DNA from: the human T2T-CHM13v2.0 reference genome, Homo sapiens | Length of the DNA stretch: 64,000 nt | Strand: one strand, 5' to 3' | Assembly (NCBI RefSeq): GCF_009914755.1 | Contig: NC_060933.1 | In this document: in pieces, positions 37,280 through 51,966 of the stretch | How the letters are laid out: every line of letters starts with the position of its first letter | Position numbering within the stretch: position 1 is the first letter of the stretch | Notes under the pieces: model-generated | What the model was told of the DNA's origin: nothing | What the model saw: only the letters and a program-made list of their open reading frames with translations | Databases searched by the model: none | Position numbers and translations under genes: made by a program

Positions 37280-38128
37280 TTAAAAACAAAACCCTCCTTA
37301 TTCTAGACTGTGAGGCCATACATGATAGGGCTGTTGCCTACCTGTCTAGCTTCATATCCCAATACTCTCCCTCTCATTCAAAGGCACTCCAATCACACTT
37401 GAACCTTTTTTCTTTGAATACCCCTCAGGACCTTTACACTACCTGCTTGGCTGCCTGAATCACACTTTCTCTAGATGGTGAAATGTTTGGTTTTTATTTG
37501 TCATGTAGGTCTCAACATAAATGTGACTTATTGGTGACTTCCCAGGTGTGGGCTCCCCTGACCACTTGGCCTAAAGTAGTCATTCCTCATCAAATCGATA
37601 TTATTATCCAGAAAATACTTCTGTATTTTCATTGTAGCGTTTGTCACTATCTGATTCCTCTTGTTTTCCTCCTTCTTTCTTTATCATCCTCCACCAGAAA
37701 AATAAGGTAATTTTCATTAGAGGAAGGACTGTGATTATGTTATTGACAACTGTATCCCTAGGGCCTAGATCAGGGGAGGCCACATGATCCTAAAATTGTA
37801 CCACCAAACTGTTCAGGACCAATTCTCAACAGTAAGTTAAGTCTCAGAAAAGTTACTAATATGGGATTTGTGATTTTTCTATTTATCTGTTTTACACTAT
37901 ATTATATAATAGCCAGGAAAAAAAATCCCTGACAACCCTGGTTTGTGGGGATAAGACTCTGCCTGGGTTTCCCAGGATACATTGATTGCAAGTAACAGAG
38001 ACTGAGTATAAACTGACTTAAGTTAAAAATGGAATTTATTGGTTCTTGGGACTGAGAAGTTCAGGGATGGTCTTGGTTTTAAGCTCTGCAGAATCCATGT
38101 GCTCAAGAGATTTCAGAAGGTACCCCTT

Positions 38129-38472
<344 letters not shown>

Positions 38473-38569
38473 TTAATAAATGGGTAATTGTGAAGATTAC
38501 AAGATAGAGTGTATATATCTAAAGCCTCTATCTCCTTGCCCGGAGCTAGTCAACACTCAGTAGGTATAG

Positions 38570-38918
<349 letters not shown>

Positions 38919-39427
38919 CAAAAACTTCATTTTCAACACAAGGAATACATTCATGATTCCACTGTACCGTGGGAGAAGAAGGAAGAGTCCACACTGTGCA
39001 GTCATTTGGAATAATTCCGACTGTCCAGGAGCGACAACAGCCGGAAATCATGTTCTGAGGCTTCCCAGCAGGGGAAGAAAAGTGCATCGACACCTAGCAT
39101 GGCCTGTCTGGGCCCATTGAGTCCTGTTGGAAATAAATGTTGGTTTGTTGGTTTTAAGTGTGTGAGTCAAATAAGCAGTTTTTAAAAGGTCATTATGAAT
39201 GAAGCACACATCAGAGGATACTCCAAGCTCTCCTCTCCTAAACACTATAGACATTCAAAATTTTCTTTTATGATTTTAAAATCTATAAGCTTAGTAAATG
39301 CCAGTTGGAAACGTAGAGCTGAAAAGTACACACACACAGTTGCCTTCTATCTTCGTAAGTGTCTGAGTCACCCCTTGATGGCCCATTAGACACATAGAAG
39401 TCCACTTGCCCCACCTTTTTATGTCAT

Positions 39428-39620
39428 TGTGGTGGATTAAAGATGGCCAGAAATTCTTGGATACTCCTTCCTTTTTGAGGTGAGGCATATGTTTCCTCCT
39501 CTTGAAACTGGGCAAGCTATGTGGCTGTTTTGGCTGATGGACTATAGTGGAAATGATGCTGTGTCTGTTCCCAAGTCCAGGCCTTAGAAGACTAGCAACT
39601 TCCATTTCCTGTATCATGGA
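39428..39620 (+). mobile_element. MLT1F/G-like MaLR LTR 5' fragment
   Basis: TGTGGTGGATTAAAGATGGCCAGAAATTCTTGGATACTCC...CCAGGCCTTAGAAGACTAGCAACTTCCATTTCC. Confidence 0.65.
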
Positions 39621-39789
39621 TTAATAGGGAAGCTGTAAAAGACTAGCAACTTCCATTTCCTGTCTCATGGATTAACAGGGAAGCCATAAAAGACTAGCAA
39701 CTTCCATTTCCTGTCTCATGGATTAACAGGGAAGCTGTAAAAGACTAGCAACTTCCATTTCCTGTCTCATGGACTAATAGGGAAGCCAT
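39588..39789. repeat. 51-bp minisatellite, about 4 copies
   Basis: Unit AAGACTAGCAACTTCCATTTCCTGTCTCATGGATTAACAGGGAAGCTGTAA starting at 39588, 39639, 39690 and 39741. Confidence 0.97.
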
Positions 39790-40147
39790 CTCTCTCCGTG
39801 TTTTGGGTGGGCTTTCCTCTGAACTCACATCTCAGGTGGGTCTCTCCCAGCCTGACGGCAAGATGGCTGCCAGAAGCTCCATGCTTATTCATATCTGCTG
39901 GCAACCTCCGTAGAAAGATAACTTCCCCTTCCCAACATTCAAGCAAAAATTCTAAGACTGACCGTAATTAACAAAGCTCCCTCCTTGAACTGATTCATTA
40001 TGGCCAAGGGAAAAGAATACTCTGACCAGGCTGGGATGGTATGTTCGCCCCTGAAGGGTGAAATTAATTTTAGCAATCTATTTTAAATCTATTTTATTTA
40101 ACCCAATATATCCCAAATATTATTATTTGTTCAAAATTAATATTCCT

Positions 40148-40826
<679 letters not shown>

Positions 40827-41592
40827 TTATGCCATCAGCCATCTCCTTTTGGCGAGTCACATTTCAGGTGCTTGACAGTCATATGTGGCCAGGGGTCATC
40901 CTATTGGCCTGAGCAAGTCAAGAGATTTATTGTGGTATGAAAGGAATGGAATGGCATAGAATAGAACTGACAAGAGCAGAACACAGTTGCAATTTGGAAC
41001 AAGTAGGGGAAGGAAAACTAACTTCCTAAGGCTCTGGGGCCCAGCCGGGGACCATCTAATATGTTGACATAGCTCCCGTGAGAGAGGGAGAGGGGTAGGC
41101 AGCGGAGCGGCAAAGGCTTTGAGGCAAGCCTGTGGGGACTTAGTAGGGCACAGAAGGGTGAAACACAGTACTTAGAAATGGAAAGGAATTGGGGCCTCTT
41201 AGTAGATGCCATAGCGAAAAGATGCAATGAACCAAGAGCAGTTAAAAGAAGGACCACATGTAGAAACCAGCATAGACAGATGACAACCCTGGGCCACATC
41301 TCACTCAGCCCTCCACCCTCTTCCTTCCCTTGGAGCTTAGGGAAAAGTAAAGTCATACAAGACCATGAATTGACTGAGAAAGATCTGATTTGACAGAGTT
41401 TACCCTCCACTGACTTGTTTGGGAAAGGAGTCTTGGGAAGGAAATTCCGTTTGGATGTAAAACATAAAGTAACATATATTGCACATCGGAGGTTATTGGC
41501 CTGAAAATATTACACCCAAAACAAAGTCTTAAAAACCCTTTGTGCTGGGCAAGTAGAGCCATACTCTTTCTCCTGCAGGCAGGGAAGTTTGG

Positions 41593-41817
41593 CAGTGGGT
41601 CTCAAACGCCCCTCAGGGGATATTCGGCAACACCTGGAGACATTTTTGGTTTTTACAACTAGGGAAGAGAGTGCTGCTGGCATTTAAGGAGTAGAGGCCA
41701 GGGTTGTTGCTAAACATCCTACAACGCATAGGACAACTCCCCACCGCACACACACACACACACAACCAAGGGTTGTCCAGCCCTAAATGTCGGTAGTGCT
41801 GAGGTTGAGGAACCCTG
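41593..41817. mobile_element. MER20 (hAT-Charlie)
   Basis: CAGTGGGTCTCAA...TGGAGACATTTTTGG...TGCTAAACATCCTACAA...GTGCTGAGGTTGAGGAACCCTG. Confidence 0.8.
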
Positions 41818-41880
41818 GACTAAGCCAACTTGAGATTCTTAAGAAGAATGTGGAGAGAGGAAAAGCAAGTTTTTTCTTTC

Positions 41881-42511
41881 TGTTGTTGAGACCAAGGGAA
41901 CTTCCCCTCCGCTTCTGAAGTTTCACTGAAAAATCAGCTCACAAAAGGCAGATTAATTGGAGAAAAGTCATGTAAATTCATTTGATCATAGTTTTATGTG
42001 ACATGGGCACCTTTAGAATGAAGACCTCATTCCCTAATGGGGTCCAGAAGCTTATATCCTAGCTTGAGGTTATAGAAAGAATGGGGGCTTGGGTCCTGAC
42101 AAAACAGATTATGAGAAGGGAGAGAACAGGAATTCCATTGAGGGGCAATAAATGATTATCAGGGAGAACTTAATGGGCTTGAAGAACATATAATGGTCTG
42201 GGACAAAGTCTGTTGGGCCCACAGAGTGGACAATGGTTTGTGACAGAAGTCCGTTCAGGTTTGTTGACAGACTTTAGTTTTCCTTCCTGTGAGATGGGTT
42301 CAGTTAACGAAAACTCTGGGAAGGGACCAAGGGTAATTGTTTTCTTCTTTGTTCAACCTGGACTTGAAGCAGATAAGGAACTTCAGAGAATCCTATGCTT
42401 TGGGAAAACGGTGGGGGACGGGGTGGTGGTCAGAGAGAGCTTGAGGCTCCTTTTTCAGTTGAGCGTGTACAAAGCACCATATTTTGGGGTATCAGTTTCT
42501 GAGTCCCAACA
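41881..42511 (-). mobile_element. ERV1 solo LTR of the MER34/MER39/LTR29 group
   Basis: Reverse complement starts TGTTGGGACTCAGAAACTGATACCCCAAAATATGGTGCTTTG, with TG...CA termini. Confidence 0.75.
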
Positions 42512-43265
42512 CTGGGTTGAAGTCAACCTATCACAAAAGGGGAGGCATGGCCTTAAGGTTGCTTATAATGTTGTTTCTATGATGCTGAAGGAATTGAGTT
42601 CTGCCTCAAAGCAGCAGGGCAAACAACAGGCTGGGGACAAACAGGCTGAGCAAGGCCCGAAGGCTGCTCCATTTTTGCTCCCTTCCTCCCATCCTCTCTC
42701 TCTCGACACTCTCCTCCAAGGTAGTCTCTCCCCCACCCCCAGGCTGTCGTGGGGGCTGAGGCAGATAAACTGAGGTGAAAAGTAGCAGCAGAATTTTCTC
42801 ATCCCTCTGCCCTCTTCACCCAACCAGAGGCAGAGGCCTCCACTACAAGACACCCACTGCCCTAGTTTTGTTTCCCACTGCAACAGGAAACCAGGAGGCA
42901 GCTGTCGAGAATGAGGAGCAAGGCTGAGCGGTTTAAGACAACTCTCCTTGCTCCAAGCCTTTGCTTGAACTGTGTTCTCCTCTAAAACAAGAACTCGGAA
43001 ATGATGTCTGAGAATCACCTGAAAAGCTGGTCAAAGCACGGATTTCTGAGCTGGACTCCAGAGATTCTGAGTCAGCAGGTCTGCAGCCCGTGGTGACCAA
43101 CAAATCTCAGTTTACCTAGGATTTTTTCAGTTTTAGCATCAGAAGCCCAGCCCCCCTGGCAAGCACAGATGTTTGGTTACCCTAGGTAGGGCCCAAAGTT
43201 TTGCATTTCTAGAAATTCCCAGGTGATGCTGATGCCCTCATCAGCAGATAACACTCTGCCTGTGT

Positions 43266-44050
<785 letters not shown>

Positions 44051-46103
44051 TAAAAACCATGGCTAATGAACCTCACCTATGAGAAATGAAGAAGTAAGTG
44101 TTAGTGATAGGAAAAATATAATACCTTGAGGTCTAGTTATGATTATTTTACAGTGCCCTGATATTTCAATACCTACTTTATCAACTTCTGCAAGAAAGGA
44201 TAATGGTAAATGGCCATCAGATTCTTCCTAGTTTGTCACAAGAATAAGCTGAACATGGACCAGGCAGTAGTTACACTTAATATAAATGAGCAAATGGGTC
44301 TTTTCAGCAACGTGGGGATCCTGTTTTGGTCTGACATTCTGCCAAATCGTCTTTCCTTCCCAGATGATCTTGATTGTGTCTTCAGTTACTACTTAAGGAT
44401 CTGTGGTCAAATAGGTTTTTTTTTTTAAAAATGCTTGTATTCATAAACTATTTAGATGCAGCAAACTTACCAAATTTTGTGAGGACATAGAAGAATCTTT
44501 ATGTTAAAGTTCTCCTGAACCTGTTCTTTTTATAAGCTGTCTCTCTTTGATATGGCATCAGTTGATTATTGAGAGCCAACTTGTCAGAAAAACCTGTACC
44601 TGTATCAAGATTATTTAGTTGAATCTGAAAAAAATAGAAGAAATAAGGATCCTGCTAATAAGGTCGAACATTCTAGTGCTTGCTTGGTAAAATTTGGAGA
44701 GCAAAGAGATCTTGGTGAATGATTACATAATTAAACTAAAAGATGGCTTTTCAGTGTCAGTGATTTTTGTTTCTGTTTGGATGATTATTTAAAAGAGTGA
44801 CGTAGTTTCCCTCTGGCCACTGTCTTTATTTTCTTTGGCTTTTTGCTCATTTTGTGTGTAATGCACTGCAATGGGACCCTGAAGTCGCTAAGTGCCTTAT
44901 GAGGAACTGGCTCCAATGACCTGCTTGCCAGTGCAAACAAGTCTGACAAGTTTAATGACCCCACTGAGCATAAAAGCAGCTGAGCCGGCCAGGCGGGCAC
45001 AAGCTCTTCTCCGGTGGCATGCAACCAAGTCCAGGATTATTTCTGGTTTCAAATACTGAGTTTGGTTTTAAGGCTGTCTTCCAAACTACCCTGGCAACTG
45101 CTGTCTATCAATCATACCTTCTTTCCATCTTTCACAAATGTTTATTAGAATCTGCAGCTGGGGTCAGAGAGATGGGTAGGACTTGAACTCTTTTCTGATG
45201 GAACTTCCAGTCCTGTCAGGGAGATGGGTCTATCAATACACTTAAAAGGACACAGCCTAATAGTGCTGTGATGTGCCCCACAGGCTTAGGGATCATGGAG
45301 AAGGGGAGCTCTCTGCAATAGAGAGTATTTTCTCTATTAGAGACATTTTATTAATGAGTATGCTCGTGTGTAACACTCTTCCTCGGTAACGGTCATTTCT
45401 CAAAATACTTCTAAAAAAATAAAGAAAAAATCAGTTTCTCAGCTCTATGTGCTGTAACTCTATGATGAAGGTTTTCCCTACTTTTTATTTGGAGGTTTTT
45501 CAAACATACGGATAATTTGCAATAATGATATAATGAACAGTTGTAAACTCTTTACCTAGATTCACCAGTTGTTAACTTTCCCCCATATCTGCTTTATCTT
45601 TTTACTCTCTGAAAATATGAATTCACTAAATGATTTGAAAGTAAGTTGCAAACATCACGGCTCTTCTCCTCTAAATAATTCAACCAACACTGCCTAAAAT
45701 AAGTGCATTCTCTTATAAACACACGATATTATTATTACACTGAGAAATGTAAAATTCCATAATATAACGTACAATCCATATTCAAATACACCAAGTTGTC
45801 TCAAAAATATTTTTTATGGCTGTTTATTATTTTAATCTAGGATATGATCAGGGTTTGTGCACTGGATTTGGTTCTCAGTCTAATCTAGAACAGTCCTCCT
45901 GCCTTTTGTTGTTTCTCATGCCATTGATTTTTTTTTTTGACACATTCAGGCCACTTGTACAATATCCCACAGTTTCTATTTATTTGATGGTTTTTCAGTA
46001 TTTGATTCCAGTTTTTAAATATTTACAAGAATATTAAGGGTTATTTGGGCTCTTTATTTTACCATGTGATTAAAATTTAAAATCACACATTAAGATGTAT
46101 CAA

Positions 46104-46450
<347 letters not shown>

Positions 46451-46500
46451 TCAGCTGATTTCTTTTCTGATTGATTAGAAGATCCAGTGATTGAAGTATT

Positions 46501-46999
46501 TACTATTCAAAGTGTGGTCAGCAGACCTTAGAAATATAAAACTGCAGGTTTATTAACTCAAAATCTGCATTTTAACGAGATTCTCAGGTGATTCAGGTGC
46601 AGGTGAGAGTTTGTCAAGTACCAATTTAAGACAGTAACTAGAGGATGGGTGTCCGGCACTGTGTTTTCCAAATCAAATGGTTACTTGCAGCAAACACTCT
46701 TAGGATACAATATCCATTTTCTCTTTTTCCCAACTTAGAAGTCCCCAATTTGTATTTAACTACAAAGCTACATTTTCAATCTTTTTTGAATTAGGAGGTG
46801 CCATGTGACAGAGTCTAGCTAATAAGTTGGAAATAAAGGTCACGGGGTGGGGGAGGTTCTAGAAAACAGCACAGATGCACCTGGCACTACTCTTCAAAGT
46901 GTGGTCAGCAGACCTTAGAAATACAAAACTGCAGATTTATTGAATCAGAATCTGCATTTTAACGAGATTCTCAGGTGATTCAGGTGCATGTGAGAGTTT
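46501..46999. repeat. 112-bp direct repeat pair (46501-46612, 46888-46999), MER5A-like origin
   Basis: Two ungapped copies with 7 mismatches by my count. Confidence 0.95.
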
Positions 47000-47233
47000 T
47001 GCCCTTCCCCTTCCTTCTTCTTGGTACATAGACATGTGGAGATGGACGAGCTTTTTGTGACCCTGAAGCATCAAACCACACGCTGAGGATAGCTGTACAG
47101 AAGGAGTCCAAAGAAGCTCCCAACTGCCTACGTCCAGACCTCACTTACACAGGTAAAATGAAGCCTTCAGTTTAAGTTATTGTTGAATTCAGTATCTGTT
47201 CCTTGTAGTCAGACTCAATCCCCAACTGATACA
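46660..47233 (+). mobile_element. Old MLT1I/J-like MaLR LTR
   Basis: GGTGCCATGTGACAGAGTCTAGCTAATAAG..., TTTTGCCCTTCCCCTTCCTTC..., ending AATCCCAACTGATACA. Confidence 0.55.
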
Positions 47234-47251
47234 CTATCCAAAGGATTTCTT

Positions 47252-47553
47252 GGGTAGGTGTGGTGGCTCATGCCTATAAACCTAGCACTTTGGGAGGCCG
47301 AGGTGGGAGGAAGGATTGCTTGAGGCCAGGAGTTTGAGACCAGCCTGGGCAACATAGTGAGATCCCCATTTCTACAAAAATAAAACTTTTTTAAAAATTA
47401 GCTGGGTGTGGTGGCACACACCTGTAGTCCTAGCTACTCAGGAGACTGAGGTGGGGGGATCACTAGAGCCTAGGAGGTCGAGGCTGCAGTGAGCTATGAT
47501 TGTGCCACTGCACTCCAGCCTTGATCGCAGAGCAAGATTCTGTCTTTAAAAAA
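47252..47553 (+). mobile_element. Alu (AluJ-like)
   Basis: Full dimer. Confidence 0.87.
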
Positions 47554-48494
47554 AGGGGGGAATTTCTTGACAGAGATTTTGGGGAGCCACTCATACAGAG
47601 TCCAAAGTAAAAAGAGAGAAAAATTGAGATTCTGTCTCAATTTTGCATTGTTTTATAATTTTTTCCACTAAGAGAGGCTGAAATATAAAAAGTATTCCTT
47701 CTCCATTTGTAAACAGGGACAACTGGGTCTCTTCTGGAGGTCTGTCATGAGGATGACAGATTCTTGCCGCAAGAGCATTTTAATTTAAATTCTTGGATCC
47801 ACAGATCGTGAACACTCCTTGCTGCCTATGCAAGCCAACCTGTATTAGCAAAAAGGGGTGAACGAAAACTCACTCTATGTTGCAAATGCTTTTCCTGCTC
47901 CTGTGACAGCAGTTGCTGTTGCCGTTAGTGGCTCATGATCTCTATTCATTTCTTTAGAATTGACCAAAGAAAAGGAGATGTGTTTGTGTGCATGTGTGTG
48001 CACATCATGGCATGCATCTTTCCAAATTTATTATGCATCTTACTCTGAAAAGAATTGAGATAGTTCTTATGTCTCAGTTTTTGTCACTATTCAAGACTGA
48101 CCTTTTGTACAGAAGAATTTTCAATCCTCAATATTTGGCTTCTTTTCAGCTAGGTATAATTAATTGCTGCTTAGATGTAGTAAGTTCAATAAGGGCTTTA
48201 ATGAGTTCTCATTTAATTTTGAAACCTCTGCCTCTCCCCATAATACTTTGGTAAGTGCCTTGTATTCAGTAGAAGGTTCATAAATATTTGCTGAATGAAT
48301 CTATCTGTTAAACATTTATTAAGCACTCTATTTGCAAGGACTGCACCTGGCCACAGAGATTGGCAAAGTTTTCCTGTAAGGGGCCAGATGATAAATATTT
48401 TAGACCGCATGTGTCAAGAGGCAAAACTGAGTATATTATGTAGGCACTTATAAAACCATTTAAAATGGTGAAAACTAGGCTTACTTCACAACTA

Positions 48495-50176
48495 CATATA
48501 AAAATTAAATCAAAATGAGTTAATGACTTAAATAGGGGGACTTAAACTATAAAATTCTAGAAGAAAGCATAAGGGTAAACCTTCATGGCCTGGATTAGGC
48601 AGTGATCTCTTAGCTGTGATAGCAAAAGAACATAGATAAATGGGACTTCATCAAAACTGAAGGCTTTTGTGCATTAAAGGACACTATTAAGAAAGTGAAA
48701 GGCAACCTACAGAATGGGAGAAAATATTTGTAAATAATAGGTCTGATGAGTTTAATATCCAGAATATATTTAAAAAAACTCCTGCAACCCAGCAACAAAA
48801 AGGCAAACAACCCAATTAAGATTTAAAAATGGACAAAGGACTTGAATAAGCATTTCTCCAAAGAAAATATATAAATTGCCAATAAGCACACAAAAAATAG
48901 TGCTCAACATTATTAGTCATTAGGGAAATGTAAGTAAAAACCTCAATGAAATATCACTTTACATCTACTAATATGGCTATATTAAAAAATATATAAAAAT
49001 ATTAAAGGAAAATGACAAGGGTTGGCAAGGATGTGGAGAAATTGGAGCCCTCATACATTGCTGGTGAGGATGTAAAACAGAGCAACTGCTACGGAAAACA
49101 ATTTAGCAGTTCCTCAAAAAGTTGAACATAGAATTGCCACATGACCCAGCAATTCCATTCCTAGGTGTTTACCCCAAATAATTGAAAGCAGGAGCTCAAA
49201 TGGTTATGTGTACACCAGTGTTCATTGCTGCATTATTCACAATAGCCAAAAGAGGGAAACAACCCAAGTGACCATCAAAAAATGAAGGGATAAACAAAAT
49301 GTGGTCTATCCATACAATGGAATATTATTCTGCCATAAAAAGGAGTGAAGTTCTGATGTATGTTATATAATGGTTAACTTTAGGTGTCAACTTGACTGGA
49401 TTAAGGGATACTCAGATAGCTGGTAAAGCATTATTTTGGGATGTGTCTGTGAGAATGTTTCCAAGAGACTGGCATTTGCATCAGGAGGCTAAGTAAGGAA
49501 GATCTGCCCTCAGTGTGGGCAGTCACCAATTAATCAGCTCGTGGCCCAGATAGAACAAAAAGGCAGAGGAGGGGTGAATTTGTTCTCTCTCTCTTCTGAA
49601 GCTGAGACACCCTTCTTTTCCTGCCCTTGGACATCAGTTCTCTGGCCTTTGGACTCTGAGACTTGTATCAGCAGCTTCCCTGGTTCTGAGGCTTTCAGAC
49701 TTGGACTGAGTCATGCTACTGGTTCTCCAGCTTAACAGAAGGCCTATCATGGACTTTATCGATCGATCAATCTATCTATCTATCATCTATATCTATCTAT
49801 CTGTCTACCTACCTACCTACTATTGGTCTGTCTGCCTGAAGAACCCTGACTGATACATGTTACAACACGGATGAACCTTGAAAATATTATTCTAAATGAA
49901 ATAAGCCAGACACTACACAGAAGGACAAATATTACATGATTTCACATATATGAAATACCTAAAATAGGCAAATTCATAGAGGAAGAAAGTATATTAGAGG
50001 TTACCATAGGTTGGGTTGGGGAGAGAGAGAAATGCAGAGTTATTGTTTAATGAGTACAGAGTTTCTGTCTAACATGAAAAAGTTTTGGAAATAGAATGAT
50101 AGTTGCACAACATTATGAATGTAATTAATGCCATTGAATTGTACAAAGAAAAGTAGTTACAATGGCAAATCTTAAG

Positions 50177-50180
<4 letters not shown>
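48495..50180 (+). mobile_element. L1MB-like 3' portion (ORF2 end plus 3' UTR), interrupted by an MLT2 LTR
   Basis: GGCAACCTACAGAATGGGAGAAAATATTTG, CATATGACCCAGCAATTCC-like motif, GATGAACCTTGAAAATATTAT. Confidence 0.8.
49366..49857 (+). mobile_element. MLT2B-like ERVL solo LTR
   Basis: TATAATGGTTAACTTTAGGTGTCAACTTGACTGGATTAAGGGATAC...GAACCCTGACTGATACA; 5-bp TSD TGTTA (49361-49365, 49858-49862); internal (TCTA)n. Confidence 0.87.

Positions 50181-50222
<42 letters not shown>
50181..50222. repeat. (GT)21 microsatellite
   Basis: Direct read of the sequence. Confidence 0.97.
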
Positions 50223-50227
<5 letters not shown>

Positions 50228-50243
50228 CAATAAGAAACACTTT

Positions 50244-50591
<348 letters not shown>

Positions 50592-51507
50592 TTAGATTTT
50601 CTCAATGATATGTTGTAGATGTCTTTCTATATTAAATATATATTAACATAATCCTTTGTTAATGGATGATTTTAAAAAAACATTTTAGATTAGCAGGTAC
50701 ATGGGCATGTTTGCTACATGGCTGTGTTGTATAATGGTGGGGATTGGGCTTCTAGTGTACCCAACACCCAAATATAACGTAATCATTCTTACAGCTGTAT
50801 ATTATTTTACTCTATTAACTGCAACAAAATTTTTTTAAAAAGTCCATTGTTGGTTATTTCTAAAATAAACATGGAAGTTAAAACCTGTACATATATTTTT
50901 ATATATTTGACTGATTATTTCCTCTAGGTATAGTCCTGTTTGCTGAACTGATAAGTGAGGTAGTATTTACATTTAAATTTCTGAAAAATGTTGCCAGGTC
51001 GCCCTCCTGAAAGGTTGAACCAATTTACACTTCTTGAGTCACGTGTGATCTCTCCCACCCCTGCCACTGGCCCTGGGCACTATCAGACTTTAAAATCTTT
51101 ACCAACCTATTTGGTGGAAAGTGGTATCTAGTTGTTTTAATTTGTGTGAGTTGATTATATGTAAGCTGTACCTGTTTCCCTACGTTTATAGGTCATATAT
51201 ACTGCTTCTTTAGTGAACTGAGATGTAAGCAGCATGGTAGATTTGAAACATCACGGGATCCACATTCAGCCCTATTTGGACTATGAGATCCCACATTCCT
51301 GAACAGAGGTGACTGCATTAGGAGTAAGCACTTGATACAGACTGAGGTAAGCAGTTTCCCTTTTCCAAGAATTTGGAGTTGCGACCAAGGCAAAGGTGTC
51401 AGTCCTTGGAATGACCTAGAACTGCAATATGTCAATTTAGGAGCTGAGAGGAAAATGCATTTCATCATTGGACATAAGAAATGCAAACATCTGACTTGGG
51501 GAGGGAA

Positions 51508-51966
51508 TGTTAAAGGAAAAATGGTAAGGCATACTATTCAGGGCCATCACTATAAGTGTAGGGACCACTGCAGGGGGTTCTGCAGTTGGGGAGAGAGATT
51601 GGGCTCAACTGAGAATTCAACAAGGAAAAGTGGGGATTTATAGCCAAAGAAAAGGGTAGAGGGTCAGTGGATGGAAACTTACTAAGAGGAAACATCAGGG
51701 GTAAGGAGGCATTCTTGCTGAACTGACTTAACAGGATTCTTGCTGAAGACAGGTCAGGGTGCTCACACATCACCTAGTGGGTGGTGGGGGATGAGGAGCC
51801 TGTTCAGATATAGAGGGTGGGGGATTCTGGTTAAAATGACTTAGCAGGACTCTTGCTAAAATTGGACAATGCAGAGATAAACACAGAAGCCTAAAATCAG
51901 GGCTTAGTTGAGAAGAGAGTTCAGGGAAGTCTGAGTAGAGTTTGGTCAAGGAGAGAAACTTAGTCG
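51508..51966 (-). mobile_element. MER31-like ERV1 LTR
   Basis: Reverse complement starts ...TTTCTCTCCTTGACCAAACTCTACTCAGACTTCCCTGAACTCTCTTCTCAACTAAG. Confidence 0.7.

Noticed and set aside
39588-39789. Regular repeats as a possible CRISPR-like array
   Set aside because: Units are contiguous with no unique spacers, there are no cas genes, and the context is mammalian. It is a minisatellite.
42213-43018. 186-aa and 151-aa ORFs
   Set aside because: Non-ATG starts, partly inside an ERV1 LTR, no splice or domain support.
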